A DNA stretch of 64,000 nt from Penicillus capitatus (taxonomy: Eukaryota; Plantae; Chlorophyta): the NCBI GenBank assembly GCA_965649825.1, contig OZ287718.1:120796-184795 (forward strand). Direction: 5' to 3'. The notes beneath the pieces are model-generated. The model searched no databases, was not told the origin of the DNA, and saw only the letters and a program-made list of their open reading frames with translations. Shown one piece after another: positions 51,149 through 62,989 of this stretch. The translations under genes were made by a program, and so were the position numbers. Positions within the stretch are counted from its first letter, which is position 1; every line of letters begins with the position of its first letter.

Positions 51149-52922
51149 TCTAATCAACTCGTTTAGCCTGAATAAATTCATCGTTCGACGCCATGGCGAT
51201 CGAATCAAAGAGAATAAGGGTTGTCGTCGAGTCATGGAAGGAGATGTGCGTGCTCACGGACGCATGGGTTTCTTTAATGCGTGCACAGCAAAGCAGCAAG
51301 CAGACAGTGGTTCTCAGCATCGTCGATGAACTCGTTTGTGCAGTCTGTAGTGAAGAACTCCGTCCTCCGTCTTCTTTTAAACGTGAGCCGTCACTTCTTA
51401 CCAAGAAACAGCTTTAGCAACTTCTTGTGGCCGAATACAGTTGACTCGTCCGAACTTTTTAATGCAGAGGCCATTCCAAGCAAGAGAGACTCGTGGTTGC
51501 GGGGAATCCTTCCATCTGGATAATGCATATCAGCCCGCCCTCCTTAGAAAAGAACGAACGAGCTGTGAACATGTAGTCGATTTGCACGTACACGAAAGGT
51601 CATCTCTCTTGACAAGCATTTAGGACAACAGCAGTCGACAGTGTAATCAGGCATCTTGAAACACTCTTAATGGAAAAAAACTTGCAAAAAACCATTTGAG
51701 GAGTATTCGAATGGGAAAGGAGAGCGCCACAGTTCTCTTTCGTCGTTTGGTTTTTTACATTCTCCGCGAGCAAAACCTCTTTATAAAAGAAACTCGTTGA
51801 TCAAGCAAACAGAATCGGATAGCAACAGAGCAAGGAAGAATGTGTATGTAGATGAAGACTAGCAGATCTTCGGTGATTCTAGAGAGACATGTCAAATGAG
51901 GTCAACTTACAGCAGCTGAATGTGAGAGGCAACGATGGCAAGTCATGACGGTAGTCTCTCTCTGCTATATTAGAAATTTGATCACATACACCTTGTATGC
52001 AATCTTTAATGTGACCTCAGTTTGCTTCAACGAGTGTCGTCGAGGTACTGATTGGAGCTTCTGCAGTGCGTCAAATGAGGTTTTTTAGATTTAAAGCTTA
52101 TCTCAAAGAATCCCGTATCTCGAGTGGAATTATAGAATGTCTCTAGATGTATGTACGATCAAAAGTATTCTAACTAGCTTTAGTCTTTTGATAGCATTAC
52201 TTACTGTGTGGTGGATAGACTACTTAAACCACATCAAGACCTGCAAAAATAAACCGTTGGATACTACTGAAGATGTCTGTTTTTCATCGACATTTAGCGG
52301 CGTGCGTGATGAACATGACGAATGACTTCAAATGAACACACAGGTCATTACCAATCAGTGATTTTTTGACGTTCTCTCCTCTCCCTGGGTAGTCTTGATG
52401 TCTATAGTTGCATTTATTTGAATGCTATGTCGACTAATAAATTAATTCCCTCTAGACGTCCAATCGATCTTAAAAGTTGTTTATAGCATTCATCTACTTT
52501 CATTCGACTCTTGATCCTGCATCACTTTATTGTTGAAACAGTTTCTATTACCCTCTTCGATGCCGGTAATGATTTGGTTAGATAGTCATTCGTGATGGTA
52601 GAAACGAAGGTCTGGGTACCATGATTGGCTGCATAGTCTCCCGAACAACTGCTCAATAGAATCGGAGTCCTTGATTTCAATAGTTATAGCAGATTGTTGA
52701 AAGGATCTGGCTGTCACATCGTGACTGTCTAGATTTCCCAGGGTTCTGTCTCCGAGTGGGCGCTTATAAGGGGTTCATTGTCACTTGTCCAGGCACATCC
52801 TGGGTATAAATCTGTGAATGTGGACATGTAGATACCCTAGCTTTGTAATCAGTAAAGCCTTCCGCTGAAAGGTCTGTGTGCTTGATCCAGTAGATGGTGA
52901 TGTGACGTGTGAGGACATCCAG

Positions 52923-53549
52923 TCAGTCTAAGGAAATGTCTTGAGATGCTTCATCTCTTAGGCACTCGACAGGATGACAAAGATCAATTATGTGTGCACG
53001 TATTGTATGAACGATTTCCGGCATCTCGGTTTCGAAAGGTAATGCAACACTATACAGATTCGCCCTCGGAAGATCGTCTTTGACAAAAGCACTTAGTAGC
53101 CCTTGACGGGCAATTTGCACAGGGATCTCGCTGGAGACTGTAACGTCCGCATATTCAAACACTCTGTCAAAGTTATACATTTTAGAGAGTTCCAGAAAAT
53201 CAGCCTAAAAGCAATTGTCCTTATATAGATGTTCACAATCCGTCAACCAACTTACGAGTAAATTCACGTGCTCAAACAAATTAAAATCGATAGAGGACAT
53301 TCGAATGGCTGGACGAAGGCTGTTTAAAATAAGAATCCATGCCTTTCTTGTTGCCTCTTCGAGAAACACTATCACAGTCTCTGCGCAGTCCGTGAGCGCT
53401 GCTCGGAAAGTCGGTGACGCCATCTTCACCAAAACAGCATAGGTCTTCAACAAGGAACCGTTAGCGAACTGACGCCTCAGGTCTCCATCGCGACTGTGTT
53501 CACACGTGCCGTCGAAAAGGAAGAAATTTGAGTTTGCGCCACTATTCAT
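52923..53549 (-). CDS. BTB/POZ-domain protein, 2 exons; possibly prematurely truncated
   Basis: GDLRRQFANGSLLKTYAVLVKMASPTFRAAL..VFLEEATRKAWILILNSLRP resembles BTB. A CTC|GTAAGT...TTTTAG intron joins it in phase to ADFLELSKMYNFDRVFEYAD. Confidence 0.6.
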
Positions 53550-55869
53550 CGTCTCAAAAGCTGGACTGCTCGACTCTAACTCCGTCCTCAGAAAGCTACG
53601 ACACCGAAGAACGACTTCAAAAACACGGACCGTGTTAAGAACAATAACCGTAAGAATGCACAGAACTCGTTCCTAGACCAGAGGCAGCCACGTGTCGCAC
53701 GAAGAGATCTTAGTCATCCAATGATGCGACATCGAAGGCGGACAAACCATTCGCCGTCACAGATCGACAAACAGGACGCGCCCTTTTGAAAATGATCTAT
53801 AGGAGGTAAGGGTATTTAACAACATTCCAGCCGACATGCGAAGCCTCCTGGTGCGGTCACGTGCTCAAGTCCTCGACGCCACATCAGGTGAAACTGGTCG
53901 TGTCAGTACAATATCGAAGACACTCTTGCGCGCGGCGGATCGTTTCGAGCACCCAACGTCGCGTCAGGTGTAACGCGTGCTGTCTGTCAGCGACTCGCAG
54001 AAGTGCTCTATGACGCCGGCGACACGGTCGAGCGAGGGTGGGAATGTGTCGGCGGGGTCGAGTGGATGCTGTAGGACCCTTGGTTGGAGCCCGACGGCGG
54101 CGTCCTCGGGCTGTGGCGCGGCCTTTCCGGATTCGACATTTCGGCACACTGCGGCCGACGGCGGGCCCACCGTCGGCAGTCTTCGACGCAGACGGGTGCG
54201 GGACGGCTCGGGACACGCCGCGGATGCCAATCGGTGGAGGCTCGTTTGGCTCTGGGCGGTGTCGTACGGAGTTGAAATCGTGGCGGTTACGTCGCATCAG
54301 GTGTAACCTGGCCTGTCAGTACGATCTGGAAGTGCACGACGACGCCGGCGACACGGTCGAGCGAGGGCGGGGATGTGTCGGCGGGGTCGAGTGGATGCCG
54401 ACGGACCCTTGGTTGGAGCCCGGCGGCGGCGTGCTCGGGCTGTGGCGCGGCCTTTCCGGATTCGACATTTCGGCACACTGCGGCCCACGGAGGGCCCACC
54501 GTCGGCAGTCTTCGACGCAGACGGGTGCGGGACGCCTCGGGACACGCCGCGGATGCCGATCGGTGGAGGCTCGTTTGGCTCTGGGCGGTGTCGTACGGGG
54601 TTGAAATCGTGGCCGTTACGTCGCATCAGGTGTAACCTGGCCTGTCAGTGACTCGCAGAAGTGCACGACGACGCCGGCGACACGGTCGAGCGAGGGCGGG
54701 GATGTGTCGGCGGGGTCGAGTGGATGCGGACGGACCCTTGGTTGGAGCCCGACGGCGGCGTCCTCGGGCTGTGGCGCGGCCTTTCCGGATTCGACATTTC
54801 GGCACACTGCGGCCGACGGCGGGCCCACCGTCGGCAGTCTTCGACGCAGACGGGTGCGGGACGCCTCGGGACACACCGCGGATGCCGATCGGTGGAGGCT
54901 CGTTTGGCTCTGGGCGGTGTCGTACGGAGTTGAAATCGTGGCGGTTACGTCGCATCAGGTGTAACCTGGCCTGTCAGTACGATCTGGAAGTGCACGACGA
55001 CGCCGGCGACACGGTCGAGCGAGGGCGGGGATGTGTCGGCGGGGTCGAGTGGATGCCGACGGACCCTTGGTTGGAGCCCGGCGGCGGCGTGCTCGGGCTG
55101 TGGCGCGGCCTTTCCGGATTCGACATTTCGGCACACTGCGGCCCACGGAGGGCCCACCGTCGGCAGTCTTCGACGCAGACGGGTGCGGGACGCCTCGGGA
55201 CACGCCGCGGATGCCGATCGGTGGAGGCTCGTTTGGCTTTGGGCGGTGTCGTACTTGGTTGAAATCGTGGCGGTTACGTCGCATCAGGTGTAACCTGGCC
55301 TGTCAGTACGATCTGGAAGTGCACGACGACGCCGGCGACACGGTCGAGCGAGGGCGGGGATGGGTCGGCGGGGACGAGTGGATGCCGACGGACCCTTGGT
55401 TGGAGCCCGACGGCGGCGTCCTCGGGCCGTGGCGCGGCCTTTCCGGATTCGACATTTCGGCACACTGCGGCCGACGGCGGGCCCACCGTCGGCAGTCTTC
55501 GACGCAGACGGGTGCGGGACGCCTCGGGACACGCCGCGGATGCCGATCGGTGGAGGCTCGTTTGGCTCTGGGCGGTGTCGTACTTGGTTGAAATCGTGGC
55601 GGTTACGTCGCATCAGGTGTAACCTGGCCTGTCAGTACGATCTGGAAGTGCACGACGACGCCGGCGACACGGTCGAGCGAGGGCGGGGATGGGTCGGCGG
55701 GGTCGAGTGGATGCCGACGGACCCTTGGTTGGAGCCCGACGGCGGCGTCCTCGGGCCGTGGCGCGGCCTTTCCGGATTCGACATTTCGGCACACTGCGGC
55801 CGACGGCGGGCCCACCGTCGGCAGTCTTCGACGCAGACGGGTGCGGGACGCCTCGGGACACACCGCGGA

Positions 55870-58800
55870 TGCCAATCGGTGGAGGCTCGTTTGGCTTTGG
55901 GCGGTGTCGTACGGGGTTGAAATCGTGGCGGTTACGTCGCATCAGGTGTAACCTGGCCTGTCAGTGACTCGCAGAAGTGCACGACGACGCCGGCGACACG
56001 GTCGAGCGAGGGCGGGGATGTGTCGGCGGGGTCGAGTGGATGCGGACGGACCCTTGGTTGGAGCCCGACGGCGGCGTCCTCGGGCTGTGGCGCGGCCTTT
56101 CCGGATTCGACATTTCGGCACACTGCGGCCGACGGCGGGCCCACCGTCGGCAGTCTTCGACGCAGACGGGTGCGGGACGCCTCGGGACACACCGCGGATG
56201 CCGATCGGTGCAAGCTCGTTTGGCTTTGGGCGGTGTCGTACTTGGTTGAAATCGTGGCGGTTACGTCGCATCAGGTGTAACCTGGCCTGTCAGTACGATC
56301 TGGAAGTGCACGACGACGCCGGCGACACGGTCGAGCGAGGGCGGGGATGTGTCGGCGGGGTCGAGTGGATGCCGACGGACCCTTGGTTGGAGCCCGGCGG
56401 CGGCGTGCTCGGGCTGTGGCGCGGCCTTTCCGGATTCGACATTTCGGCACACTGCGGCCGACGGAGGGCCCACCGTCGGCAGTCTTCGACGCAGACGGGT
56501 GCGGGACGCCTCGGGACACGTCGCGGATGCCGATCGGTGGAGGCTCGTTTGGCTCTGGGCGGTGTCGTACGGAGTTGAAATCGTGGCGGTTACGTCGCAT
56601 CAGGTGTAACCTGGCCTGTCAGTACGATCTGGAAGTGCACGACGACGCCGGCGACACGGTCGAGCGAGGGCGGGGATGTGTCGGCGGGGACGAGTGGATG
56701 CTGACGGACCCTTGGTTGGAGCCCGACGGCGGCGTGCTCGGGCTGTGGCGCGGCCTTTCCGGATTCGACATTTCGGCACACTGCGGCCGACGGAGGGCCC
56801 ACCGTCGGCAGTCTTCGACGCAGACGGGTGCGGGACGGCTCGGGACACGCCGCGGATGCCAATCGGTGGAGGCTCGTTTGGCTCTGGGCGGTGTCGTACG
56901 GAGTTGAAATCGTGGCCGTTACGTCGCATCAGGTGTAACCTGGCCTGTCAGTACGATCTGGAAGTGCACGACGACGCCGGCGACACGGTCGAGCGAGGGT
57001 GGGGATGTGTCGGCGGGGACGAGTGGATGCTGTAGGACCCTTGGTTGGCGACCGACGGCGGCGTCCTCGGGCTGTGGCGCGGCCTTTCCGGATTCGACAT
57101 TTCGGCACACTGCGGCCGACGGCGGGCCCACCGTCGGCAGTCTTCGACGCAGACGGGTGCGGGACGCCTCGGGACACGCCGCGGATGCCAATCGGTGGAG
57201 GCTCGTTTGGCTTTGGGCGGTGTCGTACGGAGTTGAAATCGTGGCGGTTACGTCGCATCAGGTGTAACCTGGCCTGTCAGTACGATCTGGAAGTGCACGA
57301 CGACGCCGGCGACACGGTCGAGCGAGGCCGGGGATGTGTCGGCGGGGTCGAGTGGATGCCGACGGACCCTTGGTTGGAGCCCGGCGGCGGCGTGCTCGGG
57401 CTGTGGCGCGGCCTTTCCGGATTCGACATTTCGGCACACTGCGGCCCACGGAGGGCCGACCGTCGGCAGTCTTCGACGCAGACGGGTGCGGGACGCCTCG
57501 GGACACGCCGCGGATGCCGATCGGTGGAGGCTCGTTTGGCTCTGGGCGGTGTCGTACGGAGTTGAAATCGTGGCGGTTACGTCGCATCAGGTGTAACCTG
57601 GCCTGTCAGTACGATCTGGAAGTGCACGACGACGCCGGCGACACGGTCGAGCGAGGGCGGGGATGGGTCGGCGGGGTCGAGTGGATGCCGACGGACCCTT
57701 GGTTGGAGCCCGACGGCGGCGTCCTCGGGCCGTGGCGCGGCCTTTCCGGATTCGACATTTCGGCACACTGCGGCCGACGGAGGGCCCACCGTCGGCAGTC
57801 TTCGACGCAGACGGGTGCGGGACGCCTCGGGACACGCCGCGGATGCCAATCGGTGGAGGCTCGTTTGGCTCTGGGCGGTGTCGTACGGGGTTGAAATCGT
57901 GGCGGTTACGTCGCATCAGGTGTAACCTGGCCTGTCAGTGACTCGCAGAAGTGCACGACGACGCCGGCGACACGGTCGAGCGAGGGCGGGGATGTGTCGG
58001 CGGGGTCGAGTGGATGCGGACGGACCCTTGGTTGGAGCCCGACGGCGGCGTCCTCGGGCTGTGGCGCGGCCTTTCCGGATTCGACATTTCGGCACACTGC
58101 GGCCGACGGCGGGCCCACCGTCGGCAGTCTTCGACGCAGACGGGTGCGGGACGCCTCGGGACACGCCGCGGATGCCAATCGGTGGAGGCTCGTTTGGCTC
58201 TGGGCGGTGTCGTACTTGGTTGAAATCGTGGCCGTTACGTCGCATCAGGTGTAACCTGGCCTGTCAGTACGATCTGGAAGTGCACGACGACGCCGGCGAC
58301 ACGGTCGAGCGAGGGTGGGGATGTGTCGGCGGGGTCGAGTGGATGCCGACGGACCCTTGGTTGGAGCCCGACGGCGGCGTCCTCGGGCCGTGGCGCGGCC
58401 TTTCCGGATTCGACATTTCGGCACACTGCGGCCGACGGCGGGCCCACCGTCGGCAGTCTTCGACGCAGACGGGTGCGGGACGCCTCGGGACACGCCGCGG
58501 ATGCCAATCGGTGGAGGCTCGTTTGGCTTTGGGCGGTGTCGTACGGGGTTGAAATCGTGGCGGTTACGTCGCATCAGGTGTAACCTGGCCTGTCAGTGAC
58601 TCGCAGAAGTGCACGACGACGCCGGCGACACGGTCGAGCGAGGGCGGGGATGTGTCGGCGGGGTCGAGTGGATGCGGACGGACCCTTGGTTGGAGCCCGA
58701 CGGCGGCGTCCTCGGGCTGTGGCGCGGCCTTTCCGGATTCGACATTTCGGCACACTGCGGCCGACGGCGGGCCCACCGTCGGCAGTCTTCGACGCAGACG

Positions 58801-61660
58801 GGTGCGGGACGCCTCGGGACACACCGCGGATGCCGATCGGTGCAAGCTCGTTTGGCTTTGGGCGGTGTCGTACTTGGTTGAAATCGTGGCGGTTACGTCG
58901 CATCAGGTGTAACCTGGCCTGTCAGTACGATCTGGAAGTGCACGACGACGCCGGCGACACGGTCGAGCGAGGGCGGGGATGTGTCGGCGGGGTCGAGTGG
59001 ATGCCGACGGACCCTTGGTTGGAGCCCGGCGGCGGCGTGCTCGGGCTGTGGCGCGGCCTTTCCGGATTCGACATTTCGGCACACTGCGGCCGACGGAGGG
59101 CCCACCGTCGGCAGTCTTCGACGCAGACGGGTGCGGGACGCCTCGGGACACGTCGCGGATGCCGATCGGTGGAGGCTCGTTTGGCTCTGGGCGGTGTCGT
59201 ACGGAGTTGAAATCGTGGCGGTTACGTCGCATCAGGTGTAACCTGGCCTGTCAGTACGATCTGGAAGTGCACGACGACGCCGGCGACACGGTCGAGCGAG
59301 GGCGGGGATGTGTCGGCGGGGACGAGTGGATGCTGACGGACCCTTGGTTGGAGCCCGACGGCGGCGTGCTCGGGCTGTGGCGCGGCCTTTCCGGATTCGA
59401 CATTTCGGCACACTGCGGCCGACGGAGGGCCCACCGTCGGCAGTCTTCGACGCAGACGGGTGCGGGACGGCTCGGGACACGCCGCGGATGCCAATCGGTG
59501 GAGGCTCGTTTGGCTCTGGGCGGTGTCGTACGGAGTTGAAATCGTGGCCGTTACGTCGCATCAGGTGTAACCTGGCCTGTCAGTACGATCTGGAAGTGCA
59601 CGACGACGCCGGCGACACGGTCGAGCGAGGGTGGGGATGTGTCGGCGGGGACGAGTGGATGCTGTAGGACCCTTGGTTGGCGACCGACGGCGGCGTCCTC
59701 GGGCTGTGGCGCGGCCTTTCCGGATTCGACATTTCGGCACACTGCGGCCGACGGCGGGCCCACCGTCGGCAGTCTTCGACGCAGACGGGTGCGGGACGCC
59801 TCGGGACACGCCGCGGATGCCAATCGGTGGAGGCTCGTTTGGCTTTGGGCGGTGTCGTACGGAGTTGAAATCGTGGCGGTTACGTCGCATCAGGTGTAAC
59901 CTGGCCTGTCAGTACGATCTGGAAGTGCACGACGACGCCGGCGACACGGTCGAGCGAGGCCGGGGATGTGTCGGCGGGGTCGAGTGGATGCCGACGGACC
60001 CTTGGTTGGAGCCCGGCGGCGGCGTGCTCGGGCTGTGGCGCGGCCTTTCCGGATTCGACATTTCGGCACACTGCGGCCCACGGAGGGCCGACCGTCGGCA
60101 GTCTTCGACGCAGACGGGTGCGGGACGCCTCGGGACACGCCGCGGATGCCGATCGGTGGAGGCTCGTTTGGCTCTGGGCGGTGTCGTACGGAGTTGAAAT
60201 CGTGGCGGTTACGTCGCATCAGGTGTAACCTGGCCTGTCAGTACGATCTGGAAGTGCACGACGACGCCGGCGACACGGTCGAGCGAGGGCGGGGATGGGT
60301 CGGCGGGGTCGAGTGGATGCCGACGGACCCTTGGTTGGAGCCCGACGGCGGCGTCCTCGGGCCGTGGCGCGGCCTTTCCGGATTCGACATTTCGGCACAC
60401 TGCGGCCGACGGAGGGCCCACCGTCGGCAGTCTTCGACGCAGACGGGTGCGGGACGCCTCGGGACACGCCGCGGATGCCAATCGGTGGAGGCTCGTTTGG
60501 CTCTGGGCGGTGTCGTACGGGGTTGAAATCGTGGCGGTTACGTCGCATCAGGTGTAACCTGGCCTGTCAGTGACTCGCAGAAGTGCACGACGACGCCGGC
60601 GACACGGTCGAGCGAGGGCGGGGATGTGTCGGCGGGGTCGAGTGGATGCGGACGGACCCTTGGTTGGAGCCCGACGGCGGCGTCCTCGGGCTGTGGCGCG
60701 GCCTTTCCGGATTCGACATTTCGGCACACTGCGGCCGACGGCGGGCCCACCGTCGGCAGTCTTCGACGCAGACGGGTGCGGGACGCCTCGGGACACGCCG
60801 CGGATGCCAATCGGTGGAGGCTCGTTTGGCTCTGGGCGGTGTCGTACTTGGTTGAAATCGTGGCCGTTACGTCGCATCAGGTGTAACCTGGCCTGTCAGT
60901 ACGATCTGGAAGTGCACGACGACGCCGGCGACACGGTCGAGCGAGGGTGGGGATGTGTCGGCGGGGTCGAGTGGATGCCGACGGACCCTTGGTTGGAGCC
61001 CGACGGCGGCGTCCTCGGGCCGTGGCGCGGCCTTTCCGGATTCGACATTTCGGCACACTGCGGCCGACGGCGGGCCCACCGTCGGCAGTCTTCGACGCAG
61101 ACGGGTGCGGGACGCCTCGGGACACGCCGCGGATGCCAATCGGTGGAGGCTCGTTTGGCTTTGGGCGGTGTCGTACGGGGTTGAAATCGTGGCGGTTACG
61201 TCGCATCAGGTGTAACCTGGCCTGTCAGTGACTCGCAGAAGTGCACGACGACGCCGGCGACACGGTCGAGCGAGGGCGGGGATGTGTCGGCGGGGTCGAG
61301 TGGATGCGGACGGACCCTTGGTTGGAGCCCGACGGCGGCGTCCTCGGGCTGTGGCGCGGCCTTTCCGGATTCGACATTTCGGCACACTGCGGCCGACGGC
61401 GGGCCCACCGTCGGCAGTCTTCGACGCAGACGGGTGCGGGACGCCTCGGGACACACCGCGGATGCCGATCGGTGCAAGCTCGTTTGGCTTTGGGCGGTGT
61501 CGTACTTGGTTGAAATCGTGGCGGTTACGTCGCATCAGGTGTAACCTGGCCTGTCAGTACGATCTGGAAGTGCACGACGACGCCGGCGACACGGTCGAGC
61601 GAGGGCGGGGATGTGTCGGCGGGGTCGAGTGGATGCCGACGGACCCTTGGTTGGAGCCCG
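55870..61660. repeat. Higher-order repeat of 8 monomers (2632 bp), about 2.2 copies
   Basis: Diagnostic variants recur at exactly 2632 bp. For example, gtgcaagctc occurs at about 56210, 58842 and 61474, and identical ORFs start at 56020/58652/61284 and 57007/59639. Confidence 0.93.
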
Positions 61661-62989
61661 ACGGCGGCGTGCTCGGGCTGTGGCGCGGCCTTTCCGGATT
61701 CGACGTTTCGGCAGATTGCGACCCACGGAGGGCCGACCGTCGGCAGACTTCGACGCAGACGGGTGCGGGACGCCTCGGGACACGTCGCGGATGCCGATCG
61801 GTGGAGGCTCGTTTGGCTCTGGGCGGTGTCGTACGGAGTTGAAATCGTGGCCGTTACGTCGCATCAGGTGTAACCTGGCCTGTCAGTACGATCTGGAAGT
61901 GCACGACGACGCCGGCGACACGGTCGAGCGAGGGCGGGGATGTGTCGGCGGGGACGAGTGGATGCTGTAGGACCCTTGGTTGGCGACCGACGGCGGCGTC
62001 CTCGGGCCGTGGCGCGGCCTTTCCGGATTCGACATTTCGGCACACTGCGGCCGACGGCGGGCCCACCGTCGGCAGTCTTCGACGCAGACGGGTGCGGGAC
62101 GCCTCGGGACACGCCGCGGATGCCAATCGGTGGAGGCTCGTTTGGCTCTGGGCGGTGTCGTACGGAGTTGAAATCGTGGCCGTTACGTCGCATCAGGTGT
62201 AACCTGGCCTGTCAGTACGATCTGGAAGTGCACGACGACGCCGGCGACACGGTCGAGCGAGGGTGGGGATGTGTCGGCGGGGACGAGTGGATGCTGACGG
62301 ACCCTTGGTTGGAGCCCGACGGCGGCGTGCTCGGGCTGTGGCGCGGCCTTTCCGGATTCGACATTTCGGCACACTGCGGCCGACGGAGGGCCCACCGTCG
62401 GCAGTCTTCGACGCAGACGGGTGCGGGACGGCTCGAGACACGCCGCGGATGCCAATCGGTGGAGGCTCGTTTGGCTCTGGGCGGTGTCGTACGGAGTTGA
62501 AATCGTGGCCGTTACGTCGCATCAGGTGTAACCTGGCCTGTCAGTACGATCTGGAAGTGCACGACGACGCCGGCGACACGGTCGAGCGAGGGTGGGGATG
62601 TGTCGGCGGGGTCGAGTGGATGCTGACGGACCCTTGGTTGGAGCCCGACGGCGGCGTCCTCGGGCTGTGGCGCGGCCTTTCCGGATTCGACATTTCGGCA
62701 GAGTGCGGCCGACGGCGGGCCCACCGTCGGCAGTCTTCGACGCAGACGGGTGCGGGACGCCTCGGGACACGCCGCGGATGCCAATCGGTGGAGGCTCGTT
62801 TGGCTTTGGGCGGTGTCGTACTTGGTTGAAATCGTGGCGGTTACGTCGCATCAGGTGTAACCTGGCCTGTCAGTACGATCTGGAAGTGCACGACGACGCC
62901 GGCGACACGGTCGAGCGAGGGCGGGGATGTGTCGGCGGGGTCGAGTGGATGCCGACGGACCCTTGGTTGGAGCCCGGCGGCGGCGTCCT

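Noticed and set aside
51193-51417. 74-aa ORF with LVCAVCSEEL, like the start of a RING finger
   Set aside because: Only one CxxC is present, and I found no downstream exon supplying the remaining ligands.
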